Of a DNA stretch of 64,000 nucleotides, positions 21,716 to 31,122 are shown piece by piece (position 1 is the first letter of the stretch; each line of letters starts with the position of its first letter). The stretch is from Longimicrobiales bacterium (lineage in GTDB: Bacteria > Gemmatimonadota > Gemmatimonadetes > Longimicrobiales > Gaopeijiaceae): NCBI GenBank assembly GCA_965116905.1, contig OZ220732.1:3392001-3456000 (forward strand). The letters run 5' to 3'. The notes beneath the pieces were generated by a model. The model saw only the letters and a program-made list of their open reading frames with translations, was not told the origin of the DNA and did no database searches. The position numbers and the translations under genes are program-made.

Positions 21716-22373
21716 CCTGGATAGGGCGGTCGGGCGCTGGCGCAAGAAGCTGGAGAGCGAATCCTCGCTGTCGCCGTGCGAGGTGGACGAACTCGAGGAT
21801 CACCTCCGGGCCCACTTCGACCTGGAGATGGAACTGACTCCTGAGCAGACCCGCGTGACGGCGTTCGCGAACGCGAGCGGGGGGATGGGCGAACCGGCGG
21901 ACCTGTCGAAAGAGTTCGCGAGAGCGGGAAGCCCGAGGTGGCGGCAGCTGATCTACGCCGGATGGGCGTTGTTTGCGGTCTCGTTCGTGCTGCCGGCGTA
22001 CGCCGAGGGTCCGGGCCACGGTATCTTCTCCTTCGGGACCATGTCCGGTTGGGGCGCGTTCCAGAGCGCGGTATTCTGGGGCGACTGGCTGGGCAGGCTC
22101 AGTGCCGCGACCAACCTCATCATGCTGGGCAGCCTGCTCATCCTCCGCACCTCCCGGCGCGGGCGCGGCCGCTGGCTCCGATGGCTCGTGGGAGGCGCCG
22201 GTATCCTGAACCTCGCGTACTGGCCGATCTGGGTCGTGACTGAGGGTGACCCGGTGTCGGACCTGCTGCCCGGCTACTGGATCTGGGTGGCGTCGTTCCT
22301 TTGTGTGGCCGCCGGCATCTGGATGTCGGTGAAGGAGCGCACGTCGATCGGTTTCGTGCCGGAGACCTCCTGA
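21708..22373 (+). CDS. PadR-associated membrane protein (permease-prefix-like N-terminal domain + TM domain)
   Basis: MFDLDRAVGRWR...ELEDHL...AF..A...MGEPADLSKEF N-terminus; overlaps the padR stop; TM helices. Confidence 0.8.
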   Translation: MFDLDRAVGRWRKKLESESSLSPCEVDELEDHLRAHFDLEMELTPEQTRVTAFANASGGMGEPADLSKEFARAGSPRWRQLIYAGWALFAVSFVLPAYAEGPGHGIFSFGTMSGWGAFQSAVFWGDWLGRLSAATNLIMLGSLLILRTSRRGRGRWLRWLVGGAGILNLAYWPIWVVTEGDPVSDLLPGYWIWVASFLCVAAGIWMSVKERTSIGFVPETS

Positions 22374-22380
22374 CGCGAAA

Positions 22381-22398
22381 TGTAAAGTAAAGTTTACA
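22381..22398. promoter_or_regulatory. TGTAAA-N6-TTTACA box (TyrR-box consensus), copy 1
   Basis: AAATGTAAA-gtaaag-TTTACATTT inverted repeat upstream of the S9 peptidase. Confidence 0.55.
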
Positions 22399-22511
22399 TT
22401 TTGTGATCCTGGGATGACACGTGACATCGTATTGTCCCTTGCGTAACGCTTGATCATATTGGCGGCGTTGAGACATATGGCTTGTGTCCTCCGGCCAAGG
22501 AGTCGACTCCG

Positions 22512-24896
22512 ATGTATGCCGCCTTTCCGTATTCGCCCACGACCAGGGCCGCCGCTCTGACGGCCACCCTCGCCGCCCTGACGGCCACCCTCGCCGCCCT
22601 CGCCGTCCTCGCCACCCTCGCCGTCCTCCCTGCCCTGCCCGCCGAGGCGCAGCAGCGCCCCTTCACGACTGAGGTCGCGCTCGACGTCAACCTGGTGGGC
22701 ATCGCGGCGGTCACGAGCGACGGCTCCCGCGTGGCCGCGACGGTGCGCACCCGGCGCGACCGCACCGATGTCGACCATCAGCGCTTCGGCGACCCCACGT
22801 ACATCTCGCCCACCTCGACCCGGCTGATGGTGATCGACACGCGGAGCGGCAACCGCACATGGGTGCACGAGGACCCGGCCCAGCTGCGCGGCTTCGCGTG
22901 GTCGCCCGACGGGGAGCGGCTGGCCTACTTCGCCGTCGAGGGCGGGGAGTACCGGCTCCGGATCTTCGACGCGCGCGCGGGCAGCGCCGAGACCGTGGCG
23001 CTCGGCACCGACAACGAGATCGCGTCGTCGTCGCCGCTCGTGTGGGCTCCCGATGCGTCCGGGGTGCTCCTCGGGCTGCGGCCGGCCGGGTGGGCCGAGG
23101 AGGCTCGCGCGGCCTTCGTAGCCCTGACCGAGGCGCCGGTGATCGTGCAGGATTCCCGCAACGACTTCCTGGCCTGGGACCGCGTGAGGAACATCGCCGC
23201 GCGGCAGATCATCGCGCTCGTCTCACTCGAAGACGGCGGCGGCGGCAGCAATGGCAGTGTGCGCGAAGTGCTGACCGGTGCGACGCCTTCCGGGCTGGGG
23301 TTCTCGGCCGACGGCTCGTACGTGACCTATTCGACGGCGACGCGCACGAAGACGTCGTACACGCGGCGGGACGGAACCGAGTACGCGCTGTACCGGCTCG
23401 ACCTTGCGGACGGCGGCGAGCCCGAGTTGCTGCGGGACACCGGCGAGGAGCGGATGGGTGTGACATGGAACGACGCGCGCGATGCGTTCGCGTACAGTGA
23501 GGACGGGTCGGTGTTTGTGCGCAGGCTGGATCAGGACGAGGCGGTCGACGTGACGGCGGCGCACCGGGGGGACGCGGAAGAGGCCGGTGGGGCCGACGCC
23601 GCTGCCGACGCCGACGCCGACGCCGACTCGGACTCCGCCGCCGACTCCGCCCGCATCCGCTTCTCCGTTCAGCGCTGGAGCCCGTCCGGGGACGCGCTGC
23701 TGCTCGCCTCGCAGGACGCCTGGCACCTGCTGGAGCCGGGCACGGGCCCCGCCAGCAACAACCTCCGCACCCTCCTCGAACTCGAGGACGACGAAGACGC
23801 CCGGCCCCGCCGCCAGGTTCAGGGCTGGCGCGACGACGGGCGCCACGTCCACTTTAGCTACTCCGCCCGCGACCGCTGGCAGCGCGGCCTGAAGCGCCTC
23901 GACACCGCCACCGGCGCCATCGAGACCCTGGTCCTGGACAGCAACCTCTACCGCTCCTGGAACGTCTCGGACGACGGCGGAACGGTCGTTTACACCATGT
24001 CCGACGGCGACCGCCCCGACGAGATCCACGTCGCGCGCGGCGACTTCCCGGCGGCTCGCCGGCTCACGACCTCCAACCCGGGGCTCGACGACGTCGCGCT
24101 CACCCGCAGCGAGCTCGTCGAGTACCTGGACGTCGACGGCAACACCCTCTACGGCATCCTCTACTACCCCGCCAACTACGAGCCCGGGCGCAAGTACCCG
24201 CTCGTGGCCGAGATCTACGAGCAGTTCTTCGACAACGGCTTCAACGAGAACATGAACCTGATCACCGCGCAGGGGTGGTTCGGGTTCCGCCCGTCGGTGC
24301 GCTTCGAGGAGGGATTTCCCGGCGAGGCGTGGCTGAAGGCCGTGCCCAACGCGATCAACAAGATCATCGAGCGGGGCCTCGTCGACCCCGACAGGGTGGG
24401 CGTCTACGGGCAGAGCTACGGGGGCTACGCGACCAACCTGCTGATCACCCAGACCGACCGTTTCGCGGCGGCGGCGAACGTGTCCGGCAAGGTGAACATC
24501 ATCTCGTTCCTGGGCGACTCGCCCAAGATCACGACGCGCAACTACGCGGCCGCCGAGGTCGGGCAGGACCGGATCGGCGCCACGCTCTGGGAGCAGCCGC
24601 ACAAGTATATCGAGCACTCGGCGGTCATGTTCGCGGACCGGATCGAGACGCCGCTGCTCATGCTTTCGGGCGAGGGCGACTGGAACGTGCCGGCCACCAA
24701 CCAGCGCGAGATGTACTACGCGCTCCGCCGGCTGGGGAAGGAGGTCGTGTGGGTGCACTACACCGCGGGCGGTCACGGAGCCGGGCGCGCCAGCACGGCG
24801 GCCGATTTCGCGGATCATTGGCAGCGCATGTTCGAGTGGTTTGCCGAGCACTTTGTTGATGAGGAGGAGAGCAGAGCGGCGACATCGGACCGGTGA
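22512..24896 (+). CDS. Secreted S9 family (prolyl oligopeptidase-like) peptidase
   Basis: Signal peptide ...PAEA-QQ; propeller repeats (WSPDG); GQSYGG nucleophile, GEGDWNV Asp, GGHG His. Confidence 0.9.
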   Translation: MYAAFPYSPTTRAAALTATLAALTATLAALAVLATLAVLPALPAEAQQRPFTTEVALDVNLVGIAAVTSDGSRVAATVRTRRDRTDVDHQRFGDPTYISPTSTRLMVIDTRSGNRTWVHEDPAQLRGFAWSPDGERLAYFAVEGGEYRLRIFDARAGSAETVALGTDNEIASSSPLVWAPDASGVLLGLRPAGWAEEARAAFVALTEAPVIVQDSRNDFLAWDRVRNIAARQIIALVSLEDGGGGSNGSVREVLTGATPSGLGFSADGSYVTYSTATRTKTSYTRRDGTEYALYRLDLADGGEPELLRDTGEERMGVTWNDARDAFAYSEDGSVFVRRLDQDEAVDVTAAHRGDAEEAGGADAAADADADADSDSAADSARIRFSVQRWSPSGDALLLASQDAWHLLEPGTGPASNNLRTLLELEDDEDARPRRQVQGWRDDGRHVHFSYSARDRWQRGLKRLDTATGAIETLVLDSNLYRSWNVSDDGGTVVYTMSDGDRPDEIHVARGDFPAARRLTTSNPGLDDVALTRSELVEYLDVDGNTLYGILYYPANYEPGRKYPLVAEIYEQFFDNGFNENMNLITAQGWFGFRPSVRFEEGFPGEAWLKAVPNAINKIIERGLVDPDRVGVYGQSYGGYATNLLITQTDRFAAAANVSGKVNIISFLGDSPKITTRNYAAAEVGQDRIGATLWEQPHKYIEHSAVMFADRIETPLLMLSGEGDWNVPATNQREMYYALRRLGKEVVWVHYTAGGHGAGRASTAADFADHWQRMFEWFAEHFVDEEESRAATSDR

Positions 24897-24963
24897 CCGA
24901 TGCCGCAACGGGGTGGTGGTGAGGGGCGTGCGGGAGGAGGCAGGAGATAGCGGGGGATCCAAA

Positions 24964-25956
24964 ATGAACCACGGCATGTTCGCTGTCTCGGGGCCGAGCA
25001 ACGGCCTCGCCGATCATTACATAGACGCGATTGCCGCCGCACTCGACAAGAGCCGGCGCCCGGCTACGCTGCGCGCCTACGAGCGCGCCTGGGAGCGCTT
25101 CAGGACCTGGGCGGTGTCGGAGGGGCTGGAGCCGCTCCCCGCCGATCCGCTGACCGTGGCGGCCTATCTGGCGTACAGGGCGGGCATCGGGCGTTCCCCT
25201 TCCACGCTGGCGCTGGACCGCAAGGCCATCAGCTACCACCACGGCAAGCTGGGGTATCCGTCGCCCACGGCGTCCGAGGGGGTCAAGGCCACGCTGGCGG
25301 GGCTCCGCAACCAGGCGGCGGAAGACGGCCGCGGCGACCCCAGGCAGGCGCGTGCGCTGACCGGGAGCGCGCTCCGGGCGATCGAGCGGACCGCGCACCG
25401 GCGGCGGCGGGGGCCCACGGGCCGGACGGAATCGCTCGGGGCCGCGAACCACCGGGGCGACGTGGACATCGCGCTGGCCTCGGTCATGCGGGACGCCCTG
25501 CTCCGAAGGGGCGAAGCCGCGCGGCTCCGCTGGGGCGAGGTGGAGTTCTGGTCGGACGGTTCGGCCCGCGTCGTCATCCGGCAGTCGAAGACCAGCAAAG
25601 CCTCTGCCGTCCTGTACGTCGGCACGCGCGCCGCGAAGGCGCTGCGGCACATCCGTCCGGCCGACGCCGACCCGGGCGACCGCGTCTTCGGTCTGCGCTC
25701 CGGCCGCTCGATCGCGAACCGGATCGCGGCCATGGCAAGGGCGGCGGGGCTGGGCGAGGGGTTCAGCGGGCACTCGCCGCGCATCGGCATGGCCCAGGAC
25801 CTCACGGCCGCAGGGGTCGGCCTGCCCGCGCTGATGGTGGCCGGACGCTGGAAGTCGGAGCGCATGCCGGCGTACTACAGCCGCGCGCAATCGGCCGGCC
25901 GCGGGGCCGTGGCGAACTTCTACGGGAACGGCGCGGCGCCGGGAGGCGGGCGCTGA
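24964..25956 (+). CDS. Cre-like tyrosine recombinase
   Basis: SAM-like N-domain (TLRAY...W.RF..W...LPADP..VAAYL); catalytic LLRRGE, SKT, SGHSPRIG, GRWKS..MPAYY with Trp in place of the second His as in Cre. Confidence 0.9.
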   Translation: MNHGMFAVSGPSNGLADHYIDAIAAALDKSRRPATLRAYERAWERFRTWAVSEGLEPLPADPLTVAAYLAYRAGIGRSPSTLALDRKAISYHHGKLGYPSPTASEGVKATLAGLRNQAAEDGRGDPRQARALTGSALRAIERTAHRRRRGPTGRTESLGAANHRGDVDIALASVMRDALLRRGEAARLRWGEVEFWSDGSARVVIRQSKTSKASAVLYVGTRAAKALRHIRPADADPGDRVFGLRSGRSIANRIAAMARAAGLGEGFSGHSPRIGMAQDLTAAGVGLPALMVAGRWKSERMPAYYSRAQSAGRGAVANFYGNGAAPGGGR

Positions 25957-25961
25957 CGGAC

Positions 25962-25995
25962 CTCTAAGTTAGCTAATTATCTAGCTACGTTAGAG
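25962..25995. other. lox-like 34-bp putative recombination site (13-8-13)
   Basis: CTCTAAGTTAGCT-AATTATCT-AGCTACGTTAGAG; arms 11/13 complementary; AT-rich; begins 5 nt after the recombinase stop codon. Confidence 0.65.
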
Positions 25996-26430
25996 ATTGA
26001 GGCCCCTCAGGTAGCCGCGGACTTCCGCGAGGCCTTGACGCAGGGTCTGCTGTTGCCTTCGCAGTGCGGCCTGCTGCCTTCGGAGTTCGTCCTGTTCTCT
26101 CTGGAGTTGGGCCTGTTCCCGGCGGAGGTTGGTCTGTTCCCGGCGGAGTTCGGTCTGTTCCCTCTGGAGGCCGGCGACCTTGTAGCCGATGTCGGCGACC
26201 TCGTGGCGGAGGTCGGAGCGTCGACGCAGTTCCCATGCCGATCGCGGATGGTAGGTGGATGATCTCATCACAAGGCAATCACTTCGCCCGGTGACCTGGC
26301 TTGGGCTCCCCGCCCACCTCTCCCAACCCACTCGGCGCAGTTCTTCGACTTTGTACCGCAAGACCGCCATCCCTGCCAAGGCAGTTCCCACACACGTTCC
26401 CGCTAGAACAGCGAATTGCCACCAATCCAT
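25990..26430 (-). CDS. Small TM + heptad coiled-coil protein (MDWWQ family, copy 1; possibly degenerate)
   Basis: GGAGG SD, ATG; N-terminal hydrophobic helix; L(R/Q)R(E/Q)Q heptad repeats encoded by 21-nt repeats; stop codon lies inside the lox-like arm. Confidence 0.55.
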   Translation of the reverse strand: MDWWQFAVLAGTCVGTALAGMAVLRYKVEELRRVGWERWAGSPSQVTGRSDCLVMRSSTYHPRSAWELRRRSDLRHEVADIGYKVAGLQREQTELRREQTNLRREQAQLQREQDELRRQQAALRRQQQTLRQGLAEVRGYLRGLNL

Positions 26431-26460
26431 AACCGCCTCCCCCCCACTTTGGCCCCTCTC

Positions 26461-26501
26461 CCCGTGCCGGTACTCGGTCCCGACCCACCGAAGGTACCGA
26501 C
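26461..26501 (-). repeat. Conserved leader/promoter element, copy 1 (copy 2 at 44762-44803)
   Basis: cccgtgccggt(act/gtt)cggtccc(c)gacccaccgaaggtaccgac shared; on the minus strand it contains TACCTT (-10-like) and folds as a hairpin. Confidence 0.75.
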
Positions 26502-26520
26502 GAACCACTTTCTTTGCGAG

Positions 26521-29500
26521 GTGGGGACGGTAACGGTGGAGAACATGGGCCTCGCGGGCGTGACTGTCATGCTTTCCGGCATGGCTGATGGTCAGACCAC
26601 GACCGACGACAGCGGCCAGTTCTCCTTCACGGGACTGCGCGCCGGCACGTATTCGGTCGAGATCTCCGGCTTCGACACCAACGAAGTCAGCTTCTCGAGC
26701 ACCTCCGGTGCCGCGACGGTCGGCGTCGGCGAGTCCAAGGTCGTCAGCTTCGACGGCACGTATCTCCGCACCGCGGGGATCCAGGGCCAGGTAAGCGTGG
26801 ACGGCGAGGGCCTCGGCGGCGTGACGGTGACGCTGGTGGGCGAAGGCGAAGAGCGGACCGACGTGACGGATGCGGGCGGGCTCTACGCGTTCTCGGCGCT
26901 TAAGAGCGGCACCTACCAGGTCGCGATCACGAACCCGGATCCCGAGGACTACGAGTTCACGACCACGTCGAAGAGCGCGACGGTCGCGACGGGCGAGACC
27001 GCCAACGTGCCGTTCGAAGGCACGCTGCTGCGGACGGCCGGTATCGCGGGCCGGGTCAGTCTCGACGACGGCATGGGCCTTGACGGCGTGACGGTTACGC
27101 TCGCGGGCGCAGCCGAGGCGACGGCGACGACGTCGAACGGCGGTCAGTACGCTTTTGCCGGGCTGGCGGCTGGCACCTACGTGCTCAGCATCGAGAACCC
27201 GGACGCCAACGCGTACAGCTTCGCCGAAGACGAGATGATGAAGACGGTCATGCTGGAAGACGACCAGTCTGCGATCGTCAACTTCAGCGGGACGCACACC
27301 CGCACCGCCTCGGTGTCGGGCATGCTGTTCGTCGACGAAGTGATGCAGGACAAGATGTACACCGACGGCGAGCCCACGATCGTCGCAGCGCTGGGACCCT
27401 GGTTGGGGTCGCTGGCCGACGATGACCCGGCGAAGATGGCCGTGCTCGGAGCGCTGGCCAAGGCGACGGTGAAGCTGCGCGGCCCGGATCTCAGCGACGA
27501 GCATGACATTCCCATCATGGCGGACGGCAGCTTCACGACGGGCCCGGCGCTGATGGCCGGTTCGTACCAGGTCGAGTTGCCGGTCAACGACGACGACGTG
27601 GCGGCGGGACTCGCCGCGGCAGGCGTCGCGTTTGTGGGCGAGTCGATGGTGGTCAACGTCGAGGCTGGCGGCAACGCGACGGTCAACTTCCCGTTCCGGA
27701 TCACGATGCAGACGGTGGTGACCGGTGCCCGCATGGGCGGCGGCGGCCACTTCGGTCTCCCGGTCGAGGGCGTGGAGCTGGCGCTGTACGCCCGGGCCGA
27801 CGGCACCGACATGCTGGGCGAGGCCACGACCGACGAGATGGGCATGGCCACGTTCAACTTCGCGCGCGCGGACAACACGGGTCCCGTGGGCAACGACAAC
27901 ATCGTATTCGTGAAGGCCATGGATTCGGGGCACCCGGCGCTGCACGTGAGCGGCAACGAGTTCGTCGAGATCAACCATGCGTCGACGGCGCGTCTCTACG
28001 CGGCGGACGCCGAGAAGGAAGTGGCGACGCTGATCAACGTGGCGGTCGCGTTCGACTTCTGGGTCAAGAGCAACGAGATGGCCCGCAACGGCGACGAGGG
28101 CCTCGGCGGCTGGAGCACCGAGGTCTACTTGGGCGATCCGGAGGACGAGGACAACATGCCTCTGATGCTTCCGAATCCCATGGATCCCACGATGATGGTC
28201 AACGCCACCCTGCCCACGGACACCACGAAGGGCGACGATCTGGGTAAGAGCACGTTCGCGTACGTGGCCGACCCGACGATGGTGGATTATCCCGTGACGT
28301 TCACGGTGATGGCGGCCATGGACGACGAGGCCGACTGTAAGGGATCGGGCCTGATGGCGGTATCCGATCAGCCCGACCAGTGCGAGATGTGGGAGCAGAG
28401 CGACGCGCTCACGCACACGCACACGGGGCTTGACCTTCCGCCGGGCAAGGACGACGACATGCTCGACCTCGGCCCCATCCGGATCACGTACACGACGCAG
28501 ACCGTCTACGTCGGCGCGCACCGTGAGCTGGACGACCGGACCGGGTTTACCGACTTCATCGGTGTCGGAGACGGCGATGCCCGTCCCATGGGCACCGGCG
28601 TGGACGAGATCGAGGTCAGCCTGATGGTCGCGGACAGCAGAGGGCGTCTCAGAGCCTTCGAGTATGACCACGACATGGACGAGGACACGGAGGATGTCGA
28701 AGCGACGGCGACCGTCGGCGCTTCGGGCATGGTGTCATTCGCCCACATTCCCGCCGATACCGAATTCACGGTCGTGGCCGATGCGGGCAGCGACATGATG
28801 ATCGTTCCCGACGATCGATCCACGAGGGAGATCGACGCGTTCGGCGATCAGCTGGACGACTATCCCGACGGCAAGATGGTCGGCGCCTTCGGTGACGGCA
28901 GCGGCGCGCGTGCGGACGTCTGGATCTGCCCGCTGTGGAGACTCGACAACGACGATCCCAACGAGAACTGCTCGACCTTCGCCTACAAGTGGGCGACCGG
29001 GACGATCTCGGGCGATATCGACGGTCTCCGCAAGGGCGACAAGGCGTCCGTGATCCTGACGCCGGTCAACAGTAACGAAGACTACGAGGACGACCTCGCG
29101 GACGACGACGAGATCACCGCCGGGACGGGCGGAGCGGCCAGCTACTCCTTCACGGGTGTTGCGGACGGCCGTTACATGGTCACGCTCGAAGCCAAAGCAG
29201 GAAGCTGGGAAGAGGACGAGACCAAAGTGCTCTCCGTCATGCACGACGAGGAAAGCGAAGACGAGGAATACACCGGCGCGACTGCGGGCGAGGACCTGTC
29301 CGCCAGCGACCTGCGCGGCGTGATCCGTGGCCGGATCGCGAACGACTCGAATGGCCGAGCGGGCCTGACGAGCGACGAGTCCAGGGCCGGCGTCGTGGTG
29401 GAGATCTACTCGGCGAAGAAGGTCGGTGGATCAGGCACCACCAAGAACAACTACGTGCCCGACGAAGCCGTGACGGACGCGGACGGCGACGAGGTGATGG

Positions 29501-30963
29501 CCGAGACCGACGGCGAAGGCGTCTTCATGTTCGAGAACCTGGTGGTTGGCGACATGTACTTCCTGAAGCCGGTGGAGACCGACCTGTACATCTCGGTCAG
29601 GAACGGCAACACGAGCATCGGCAAGACGGCCGAGAAGGCCACGGATGTGGTGCCGCACGCGCTCGTGACAGCTGGACTGCCGCCCAGGGCGGGCACCGAG
29701 CCAGGAATCCCGACATGGGACTACCACACGAGCATGGCCACACCCAATGGCGACGCCAACTTCGTACTGCTGTACAAGGACGGCGAGGTCGAGGGTAAGG
29801 TGTCGGATCCGAGCGTGCGTGCCGCGCACAGTCGCTCGGTCGTCGAACTGCACCTGTGCAGGACGTCGAACCAGGTGCTTGATACCTCGGTAGACCCCCC
29901 CACAGTGACCACGGCTGCGACTGGATGCGGCGGGGGCGTAAATGCGTACGAGGGCACGGTTGTGGAAGCCGACGTAGACGAGGACGGCGACTGGAGTGCC
30001 GATGGCCTCCGGGAAGGCCTCTACGAGGTGGTTCCCGACCTGCCGGCGGGCTATGTCGTTTCCGACTCGGCCGGTACGACGGACGGGACCGGCACCAGCT
30101 ACCACGCCCAGCAGTTCGTCGACCTGAGGGGTGGGCGCGCCGATGACGACACCGAGACCATCCACATCAAGGACCGGAACGCGGGTGACGGCGCTACGCT
30201 TACGAGTGTCGAGATCGACGGTACTGCTTGCACCAGGGGCACCGCTACCAACCCCGCGGACAACAACTGCGGCCACGATGCGGCCGGATCGTTCTCCGTG
30301 GTGGCTACCGCGTCCACGGGTGCGGTCGTCCGTCTGAGCTCGAGCGCGACGGATGCGACGCCCACCGGGACGGGGACGTACTCGGTGGTGGTGAGTAACG
30401 GGAAAGCCACGACGGTCACGCTGTCCAAGCCTGGCAGCAGGAGGTTCTTCGTTCACGTCGCGGCCGAGGACGGCTACGCATCCAACGACGCGACCAATGA
30501 AGGCTTCCACGTCCGGCGCGACGCCGACGTGCGCGTGAAGGAAGTCACGATCGCATGGAGCGGCGACAGGATCGAACTGGATCGTGACGCGCTCAATCTG
30601 GATCCCGACGGTGAGACGGATCCGGTCACCGGGACGACGACCCTGAGGGTCACCGTGGACAAGGGTGACAACAATGGGGATATCCCGATTACGGATCTCA
30701 CGGTTACGGCCATGGGCATGACCACGGGATTTGGTGTGGCAGGATTCGGCACCGTCGACGTGACCACGACTCCCATCGCGTGTTCCGCCGCAGACTTCAC
30801 CGGCCTCAGCGGAGACGGCACCCTCACGTTGCCGGCGAACACGGCGACCGACAAGGGGAGCGACGGGGTCTGCTTCCGGATCGCCGACACCGACGGTGAG
30901 TCTGATCCAGACGCCAACGCGGACAACAACCGCGACTACATCCTGATCGTGACCAGGAAGTAG
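26521..30963 (+). pseudogene. 5'-truncated copy of giant surface protein (open frame, no signal peptide or first repeat)
   Basis: Frame open for about 1480 codons; homology to 31123-35910 starts abruptly at GTVTVE (= GTITVE, about residue 120 of copy 2). Confidence 0.75.
26578..28994 (+). repeat. ~2.4 kb near-identical direct repeat (partner 31540-33956, offset 4962)
   Basis: Side-by-side reading shows only scattered, mostly synonymous differences; the last ~1 kb looks identical. Confidence 0.92.
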
Positions 30964-31014
30964 GAACGGACCAACCCGTCGGGATTCTGCGAGGAATCGC
31001 GATGGCGCAGGAAG

Positions 31015-31056
31015 GTTGCCCCCGTCCGGTTCGCCGGGCGGGGGCAACACCGTTTT
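31015..31056 (+). terminator. Hairpin/terminator after surface protein copy 1
   Basis: gttgcccccgtccgg-TTCG-ccgggcgggggcaac then accgtttt. Confidence 0.75.
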
Positions 31057-31122
31057 CGGAGCCCGCGCGGAAGCGTGCCGGATGCCGACCACAGAGACCA
31101 TCTAACGGACAAGGACGACTAC

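Noticed and set aside
22550..22630. Tandem repeats in the S9 peptidase signal peptide (LTATLAA)
   Set aside because: In-frame low-complexity slippage in a signal peptide
25962..25995. Xer dif site
   Set aside because: Lacks the XerD arm TTATGTTAAAT; geometry fits 13-8-13 better
24897..26000. tRNA attachment site, prophage or integron at the recombinase
   Set aside because: No tRNA fold, phage genes, IntI-type features or attC-like repeats were seen
26431..28671. Upstream part of the 893-aa minus ORF
   Set aside because: Antisense to the surface-protein gene; only the portion from MDWWQ (26430) has an SD and a homologue
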